DNA of 63,731 nucleotides, filler included, from Cercozoa sp. M6MM (taxonomy: Eukaryota; Protista; Endomyxa: Ascetosporea): NCBI GenBank assembly GCA_040357565.1. It is 9 parts of 9 records of this genome, joined end to end, with 100 filler letters (N's around TTAATTAATTAA, not from the genome) between each part and the next. Parts side by side here need not be neighbours in the genome. Positions count along the whole stretch, not along the records: positions 43,632 to 59,202 come from JBDODJ010000303.1; positions 59,303 to 60,467 come from JBDODJ010002140.1; positions 60,568 to 63,731 come from JBDODJ010001577.1; 6 more parts are not named here. One strand, written 5' to 3'. Made by a program: the position numbers and the translations under genes. Shown piece by piece: positions 56,378-63,731 of this stretch. The notes below the pieces were generated by a model. That model was not told where the DNA came from. It saw only the letters and a list, made by a program, of their open reading frames with translations, and ran no database searches. Positions within the stretch are counted from its first letter, which is position 1. The number at the start of each line of letters is the position of its first letter.

Positions 56378-57728
56378 CTAGTGATCGTACTGCTGTTGCC
56401 GCTGCTGCTGCAGACGCGCCTCGCGAGCGCGAGCGCGGTTCTCCTCGGCGAAGCGTCGGCGCGTCTCCTGCATGCGAGTAAGCTGACGCTGCTGTGGCTG
56501 CACGCGCATGGCCTTGCGTGCACTCTACATCAACGAAATAAACGACCACCTCCACGAGAGAAAGCAGGAGAAGGATCGGGCACCAATGGAGTGCGTCGCT
56601 GCGGTGTGGTACGCTGCGGTGTGGTACGCTGCGGTGTGGTACGGCGAGGCGTCGTGCGACTGCGCCGAGGTGTCGTCGCCTGGGCGAGGCCGGAGGAGAC
56701 TCGTGTGACTACGGCAGTTGTGCCACCGGCGGTGTTGTTGCTACTTCCTAGTCGTCGGTGAGTCGGCGTGCGTGGCACTGACATCACGCTCGGTCGCGGC
56801 GAGCCCTAGTAAGGTACACAGGGATATAGGGGTTGTACACAGAGGTCGAGAACACAGCCAAAGGTACCTGTGATCGCTTGCGCAGCTCCTGCAACGCACG
56901 CGCCGACGGCGACTGTCGAGTCGGCGTCTTGACGACATTCCTTGCTGCTGTTCTTGATGGTGTCCTCGGAGGTGTCTTCTGAGGTGTCTTCTGAGGAGTC
57001 TTCCGAGGAGTCTTCAAAGCAGGCTTTAGAGCAGACTTCACGTGGGTCTTCGGAGGCGCCTGTGGAGGTCGCTGCGGCATCGGCGGACGCGGCACGGCGA
57101 CCAAGGATCGTCGGCGCGCCGGTGAGGATGAAGACGGTACCGCAGACATGGCGGCTTTGTTTCCACGCGGACGACTGCGACTGCGACTGCGACTGCGAGG
57201 ACGCGACAGACGGTCCCACTTGGCACTGCCCTCACAGCACAGTCAAAAATCAAAGGAATGGCAACAATACCAAATAAGTAATTCAATATGACAAATCTTG
57301 CAAAACGGCACAACAAGGTGCAAAAAAATAGGGAGGCACCTTTCTTTCAGCAGGCGTTGCTTTCGCTCCTCGTGGAACTCTTGGTATTCGGCCAGTGACA
57401 TTGCCGACGGAGCCGTGTGCTTCTTTGTCTCGGCTGGTTTCGTCGCCTCGGGTTTCGCCTCGGGTTTCGCACCCAATTCACGCACTTTCGCAGAGTTAGC
57501 GGTAATTCCGGACGTCTCCTGCTCGCGCGTCGTCGCTTCCGTCGCCTCTTGCTTCGCCTCGTCCTGCTGCTGCAACAGACGCGATTCGCGACGCTCGGCC
57601 CAACTGCGACGACGCTTCTTGCGTCTAGGTGTGCTTTCTTCAAACTTTGCGTACGGATTCATGTCCACGTTTTCGTCTTCAAGCGGACTGCCCGAAGCCA
57701 GGCGCTGCGCGCGCGTTCGCACAGGCAT
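56378..57728 (-). CDS. Basic disordered protein rich in S/T-P-x-R/K sites
   Basis: MPVRTRAQRL..., KTPRKTPQKTPQKTPPRTPSR, (TTPQR)x3 and a C-terminal charged helix. One splice junction (about 57230-57340) is ambiguous. Confidence 0.5.
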
Positions 57729-57939
57729 TCTCGGCACAACTAGCAGAGAAACGCTTCCAGAAAAAGCAAAACGAGCCGCCAGACTCAACGCTACACTTGC
57801 ACGCTGTTTAGTCACACACCTGCAAGTGCTGCCCTGATCGCAAAGCTGCCTGGGGAAGCTGCAGATGAGGCGCCAAAACAGGGCGTCGTAAAATTCGCAT
57901 TAGCCGCAATCCTGTGTACTTTAACAGATAGAAAATGAT

Positions 57940-59080
57940 ATGACAGACCTGTGGCACTATGATTTGCGTGCGGATGTGCAATCTGTGGTAATCTGTTCCG
58001 CCCATTGTTTTGTTCCTCTCATTGCCTATTTCTCAGTTGCTCGACCACGGCGTAGACACGGTCGAACAGCTGCGCGACCTGAGTGACCTCAAGCGCTCCA
58101 ACCTTCAGTGGGATTTGCGTCGGCGTTTTGACACTTCGATCGGTATCTTGGTGGTCTCGCCAGCAGAGCGCTCCGGACGTGGACATGCACTGTGTGTGCA
58201 GAGGAAATCGAGCAAGTGATTGAAGAAAATGACAGTCAGATTGAGTTCGTGGATGTGGTTTCGCGACAGAGAGAGCTCTTTTCGCTCAAGACGTTCGTGC
58301 CTTCGCTCGATCAGGTGATTACTCAATCCGGTATCGATCGTGGGGATTGGCTTGTGGCAGGTGCTCAGCAGCGCCGGTAGACGCCACGAAGGCGCGCAAA
58401 GTGGCAGTGTGGTCGAACTGTTTGGGCCTACTTGCAGCGGCAAGACACAACTGCTGTTACAGTTGACTGCCAACACACTACTCGCAAATTCAAATTCTAG
58501 TGGTAACAATTTTTGACCCATGATGTGACAGATTTAGACACGCTGGCTTTCATCATTTAAACTCATCTTTGCTTGGTGGGAAGCATACTCGATCGTGGGC
58601 CTCTTGGCTATGATCAAATGTAGTTTCTGTTCTTAATCTTGTAACAAAGATTAGCAGTCCTTTGTGACTGTCATTTCTGTTACTCACTGTTTGCGGTGAC
58701 AGTCGGGTGTGTCGATGGCTTGCCACAGCACCCGGCGCGCATGGCACCTGGCTCACACTGCCCCAGGTCTCGCCGTGTCACTTCCTCTTTTTTTCTCGCA
58801 GAACCGGTGGTATTTTGGGTGGACGCGCGCGCGCAAGAAGACTACCCATGGCAGCGCTTGTTTTGTATGCTTCGCGGTCAGTGTCCGGATGTGCAGCTTG
58901 ATTTTGAGGAGGTGCGTGGTTTGTTGCTCTGTTTGTTCTTTGAAGCATATTCTGGGCGAGGGTGCAGTTGTCCAAACGAGTGCTCGTGTGGCGCACGCGG
59001 TCGCCTCAGGAGCTCTCGAGAGCGTTGAGCAACTTTGACGCGTTCCTAGCAGCCTGTCACCCCTCGGCATGCTCGTGTAG
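57940..59080 (+). CDS. RAD51 paralog (RAD51D/XRCC2-like RecA-fold), 3' truncated
   Basis: LKTFVPSLDQVL...GSVVELFGPTCSGKTQLLLQLTAN (Walker A), VVFWVD. Confidence 0.72.
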
Positions 59081-59120
59081 GTCTAGATGTTCGGTGCTGG
59101 CGCAACTGTGTCTGTGCTTA

Positions 59121-59202
<82 letters not shown>

Positions 59203-59472
59203 NNNNNNNNNNNNNNNNNNNNNNNNNNNNNNNNNNNNNNNNNNNNTTAATTAATTAANNNNNNNNNNNNNNNNNNNNNNNNNNNNNNNNNNNNNNNNNN
59301 NNGGGGGGGGGGGGTATGAAGGGGGGTAAACAGGGGGGGTACGAAGGGGGTATGAAGGGGGGTAAACAGGGGGGTATGAGGGGGTAAGAAGGGGGGTAAA
59401 CAGGGGGTAAGAAGGGGGGTAAGAAGGGGGGTAAACAGGGGGGTAAGGGAAAGGGGGATAAGGTGTGCGTGT

Positions 59473-60413
59473 ACCAGCCATGCCGAGGATGCGCACAGTG
59501 GGCAGTGCTCCCATCGGCTGCACGCACTGCTGCCGCACGAAGAACTGCGTCGTGGAGCCGTAGGCCACGTCTTGCGCCTGCTCCGGTCGCACTGTCACAC
59601 ACGGCGGCTGCTTTACCCCCCTTCTTACCCCCCTGTTTACCCCCCTTCTTACCCCCCTTCTTACCCCCTGTTTACCCCCCNNNNNNNNNNNNNNNNNNNN
59701 NNNNNNNNNNNNNNNNNNNNNNNNNNNNNNNNNNNNNNNNNNNNNNNNNNNNNNNNNNNNNNNNNNNNNNNNNNNNNNNNGGGGGGGGGGCAAAGAGGGG
59801 GGTAAGGAAGGGGGCAAGAAGGGTGACCGGGGAAGTAAAGAGGAGGGTAGAGAGGGGGTAAAGAGGGGGGTAAAGAGGGGGGCAAAGAGGGGGGTAAAGA
59901 GGGGGCAAAGAGGGGGGAGGGTAAAGAGGGGGGAGGGTAAAGAGGGGGGTAAAACCTTAACGACAGCGGCATCGGCGGGATCGCGCTGCAGTCGGAACAA
60001 CACGTCGACCTCGCCGCTGCGGAACAGCGGCACGTCCGCCGACGACGAGTCCGCCAGCAGCGCCTCGGCCACGCGTCCGCGCGGATCGACCTCCCCTCCG
60101 CGCGGATCGACCTCCCCTCCGCGCGGAGCCTCGACTGCCTGCGGTGCCTGCCCGGGAGGTGTAAGGGGGAGGTAGGTAGATAGGTAAAACAGTACCAGTC
60201 CCAGCAGGTCAGTTTCGTCCTCCTGAGCGTCCGCGCGGACCTTGAAGTCATCGTCCGAGCCACCGTCCGAGCCACCGTCCGAGTCACCGTCCTGATTGTA
60301 GCCACCGTCCTGATTGTAGCCACTGTTGTAGCCACCTGTGGAAACAGTCGGCAGCGGCGCCTCCGACTCGCTCAGTTTGCTCGCCAGTGTGGCCGCCTCC
60401 ACGTCGGCATCTC
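59473..60413 (-). CDS. Gene fragment resembling an adaptin large-subunit hinge plus appendage (ear)
   Basis: Disordered hinge with DLLGL, then PLFRSGEVDVLFRLQR and QFFVRQQCVQPMGALPTVRI; interrupted by an N100 gap. Confidence 0.3.
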
Positions 60414-60567
60414 TGCCCGGGGGGGGGGGGGGGAAAGGGGGAGGGGTAGGGGTATGGGGTAGGAGGTNNNNNNNNNNNNNNNNNNNNNNNNNNNNNNNNN
60501 NNNNNNNNNNNTTAATTAATTAANNNNNNNNNNNNNNNNNNNNNNNNNNNNNNNNNNNNNNNNNNNN

Positions 60568-60617
<50 letters not shown>

Positions 60618-60637
60618 GAATATGTGGATGTGTGCAG

Positions 60638-61977
60638 TCGCAACGCAGTCTCGACTCGTGCATCCAGGAGGCCTGTGCCGACTTCAACGGACCCTCGATG
60701 CCGCTCGGCATTGGTGGACAGCCCACTGGTAGTCCTGCGGTCCCTTTAGTCTCTCCAACCGCCCTCTAACCCTGCTGAAACCAACAGGCCGCGGTCGCTA
60801 CACGGAAAAGGTCGTGTGTCTCCTCAGTGGCGGCATCGACTCGCCTGTGGCGGCCTTTAGGTGCGTCCCCGCTGTCCCACACTCGAGTATCTTTCATTTC
60901 GAGTGCTTTAGGATGATGAAGCGCGGCTGTAAGGTCATTTTGGCGCATTTCCAGGTTTGTCTCTTTTTCGGGGTTTTCTTGTGCCGCGAAAATAAGGAAA
61001 GTGGGTTTTTGTTGTGCCCAGAACGTCAACCAGCTTGCTGAAGCCGCTGTGCGCGACAAGATCGAGAAGATCGCGCGTCAGCTGTCGCGATACCAGGTAT
61101 AAGTGCTCTTTGGGCCTGTGTTCCGGGTCCGGTTTTTTGTTTCTTTTTTTTTGTGTTGTTGGCGTGGTGCGATGAAGACGGGTTTTGAGTGAGTGTGGGA
61201 GTGTGCATGAGTGTGTGTGAGGCGTGTTTAGGTGGAGACCAAGCTGCTGGTGGTGCCGTTCGCGGAGTTGCAGCAAGAGATCATTTTGCATGTGGCGCCG
61301 CAGCATCGCATGCTCGTCTACCGCTACTTTATGCTGCAGATCGCGCAGGCTGTACTACCGTTCTTGCCTCCTATCCTCTGGCCTTCTATCCTCCCCCATT
61401 TAACCCCTGTGCCACACGCAGATTGCGCGCAAGTACAAGGCAAAGTTCTTGTGTACGGGCGACTCGATGAATCAGGTGGCCTCGCAGACGGCGCGCAACC
61501 TGGAGGCCATGTACCGCATGACAGACATGGTGCTTGACCCCCTTATCTCCCCCTTAACATTGTGCTTGACCTCCTTAACCTTTAAGTCCCTTTATGCCCG
61601 TTAACCCCCTGTGGACAGCCGCTGTTGGCGCCTTTGATAGGCGAGAACAAGGACGAGATCACAACGACGGCGCGTCGTATCGGCACCTTCGAGTTGTCGG
61701 CGCTGCCGTACGGCGACTGCTGCTCCTACTTCATCGCTAAGGTGTTACCCCCCTTTACCCCCCTCTTTACCCCCCCCCCCCTTTACCCCCCTCCCCCAGC
61801 ACCCGACGTTGTATGCGACGGAGGAGGAGCTGCGCGAGTGGACGAGCGGCATCGACAAGCGTGTGGCGCGGTAGCTGCGCTTCACCCCCCTGTTTACCCC
61901 CCTGTTTACCCCCCTATACGGTCGGTAGTCGCGCGATGCAGTGCGCTCAGATTCTGGATATCTCGGCGCCTGATAAG
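60638..61977 (+). other. thiI: ThiI PP-loop adenylation/thiolation domain
   Basis: [32 protein letters not shown]...[37 protein letters not shown]...[26 protein letters not shown]. Confidence 0.93.
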
Positions 61978-63535
61978 GTAGTAGTGTTACCCCCGTACCC
62001 CCTCTTACTAACCCCCCCCCCAGGTGGTAGAGTCGCAGGCGCTGCGTATTCCGGGCGATGTGGCACTGCCGGTACGGGACTGCTGTCCATGTGGACCAGT
62101 ATGTAGCCAGGCAGTATGCTTAAGGGAGCGTGCGTGTAGGCACCCGGCACATGTGGTTGGATGCCGACCAAGAAGGAGAACTGGCAGCATCAGATCCAGC
62201 AGCAGGTACACTTTGTACCATGGACGGTACAGATGGACCGACGTGTGCCTGTCTGGACAGGGTCAAGACCTGGATGACGAGAAACGCAGCAGTCAGTCCG
62301 CGCGGTCGGAATCACAGTCGGAATCAAAGTCGGAGTCAAAGTCGGAGCTGCCCAGTGTGCGCAGTATCGAGGTACCCCTTAATTAAGTACAAGTACAGAT
62401 GGGGGTACATGTGTACGGTACATATGGGTGGACAGTACGACCCGTCCGAGCAGCCGAGTGCGTACCTGGACAATGCGGCCACAACGCCGTTGGACGCGAG
62501 TGTGCTGGAGGCCATGCGGCCCTTCCTCACTCTGGCCTGCGCCAATGCGCACTCGCCGCACGCCATGGCCAAGGTGTCTCCCTGCCCCCTTACCCCCCTG
62601 CCCCCCCCCCTTACCCCCCCCCCCCCCCCCCCTTGACCCCCCCCCCCCCTGGTAGGACGCATCGCGTGCCGTGTACGAAGCGCGTCAAGTGGTAGATGGA
62701 AACACATGAGGCAGGGGGGTAAGATGGGGGGTAAGTCTGTCTGCATGTGTAGATTGCCGAGTCGATCGGCGCGAAACTGCGCGAATTGACCTTCACGTAT
62801 TACACGACCTTGTCCCACTTTTCCCCCCCCCCCCCCCCGGGGGGGGGGGGGGGGGGGGGGGGGGCGGGGGCCAACAACCTGGCCATCAAGGGCAGTGTTC
62901 TGGCACGTGTTGGGTACTGTCCCCTTGTCCCTGCCCCCTTAACCCCCTAACCCCTGTCCCCTTAACCCCCTAACCCTGCCCCCTTAACCCCTAACCCCTG
63001 CCCCCTTAACCCCCTAACCCCTGCCCCCTTAACGCAGCAAGTTGCCGAAGGAGACGCGGCGCGTGCGTGTCATCACGCAAGTGACGGAGCACGACTCGGT
63101 GCTCAAAACCGTTCGCTGGCTCGGCGCGTCGCCGCTGCTGCGTCAGTACGTTCTTACCCCCCCCTACCGCCCCCTTAACCCCTACCGCCCCCTTAACCCC
63201 TACCTGCCGCCCCCTTAACCCGAACTACCCTGGGTAGGTACGTGGACGTGAAGTTCGTCAATGTGAAGGAAGACGGCACTCTGGATCGTGCGCATCTGCA
63301 GGTAGCTTGCACTCTCTCTTAAGTGGGCACTCCTTAAGTAGGCACTCCCTTAAGTGGGCACTCCTTTAAGTGGAGGAGAGGACGCAGCCTTATTGGTATG
63401 TGTGCGCAGAGTCTGCTGGACAAGGAGGACATTGCGGACGAGACGGAACGCGCGGCGACAGAGACGTTTTTGGTGTCCGTGATGCAGGCCAACAACGAGA
63501 ACGGCGTCATCTTCCCGGTGCACGAGTACGCCAAG
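60638..63535 (+). CDS. thiI: ThiI (tRNA 4-thiouridine synthase)-NifS/IscS cysteine desulfurase fusion protein, about 19 exons visible, both ends truncated
   Basis: Exons splice GT-AG in one frame with no stop from GIGGQPTG...[10 protein letters not shown] through to YLDNAATTP...ELTFT. After one garbled poly-C/G stretch (62821-62870) the NifS motifs continue to VMQANNENG. Confidence 0.8.
62436..63535 (+). other. nifS: Class-V aminotransferase, group I cysteine desulfurase (NifS/IscS) N-terminal half
   Basis: [37 protein letters not shown]...[33 protein letters not shown]. Confidence 0.92.
62935..63032. repeat. Degenerate CCCCTTAA/CCCTAA telomere-like repeat filling an intron
   Basis: Seen directly; a similar unit recurs at about 63157-63220. 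Confidence 0.8.
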
Positions 63536-63543
63536 GTATGGAC

Positions 63544-63547
<4 letters not shown>

Positions 63548-63590
<43 letters not shown>

Positions 63591-63700
63591 ATCTATCTAT
63601 CTATCCATCCATCTATCTATCTCTATCTATCTATCTATCCATCCATCTATCTATCTATCTATCTATCTATCTAACTATCTATCCATCCATCTCTCCATCC

Positions 63701-63731
<31 letters not shown>
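63548..63731. repeat. (CT)n plus (TATC/CATC)n microsatellite, intronic; a (GATA)n tract is at 60568-60617
   Basis: Seen directly in the sequence. Confidence 0.95.

Noticed and set aside
62821-62870. Poly-C/poly-G inverted run replacing the expected acceptor and SGGTE-type motif of the desulfurase, suggesting pseudogenisation
   Set aside because: Homopolymer garble typical of sequencing or assembly error; the flanking exons are intact.
60638-63535. Bacterial contaminant origin for thiI/nifS
   Set aside because: About 18 host-style GT-AG introns with the same microsatellite and C-rich motifs as neighbouring genes.

Overview
Eukaryotic (protist-type), very gene-dense and intron-dense DNA. Most introns are 45-90 nt GT-AG, often filled with microsatellites or C-rich TTTACCCC motifs. 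The window is not contiguous: nine contigs are joined by eight artificial 100-nt spacers (N44-TTAATTAATTAA-N44), so neighbourhood across spacers means nothing. Manual exon splicing recovers about 25 genes or fragments, most not resolved by the ORF track. These include Sec12/PREB-like, a cyclic-nucleotide PDE, Hsp110, AP-4 sigma, a secreted Tyr/Gly-repeat protein, a Trl1/RNL-type 2H CPDase domain, a RING-CH-like membrane protein, RPL22, KRI1, a DEAD-box helicase, NUDCD2, XMAP215/TOG, SCO, a stand-alone PolI-type 5'-3' exonuclease, NBR1-like, Rab5 and a RAD51 paralog. The top finding is in the last contig (60638-63535): an intron-rich gene whose exons splice in frame from a bacterial-type ThiI (tRNA 4-thiouridine synthase) catalytic domain, through a linker, into a NifS/IscS cysteine desulfurase. 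This would be a candidate one-polypeptide s4U sulfur-relay system in a eukaryote. Second is an unusually long RPL22 intron carrying two near-identical hairpins that match the L22-binding consensus. All family calls are by motif recognition only; no database searches were run.
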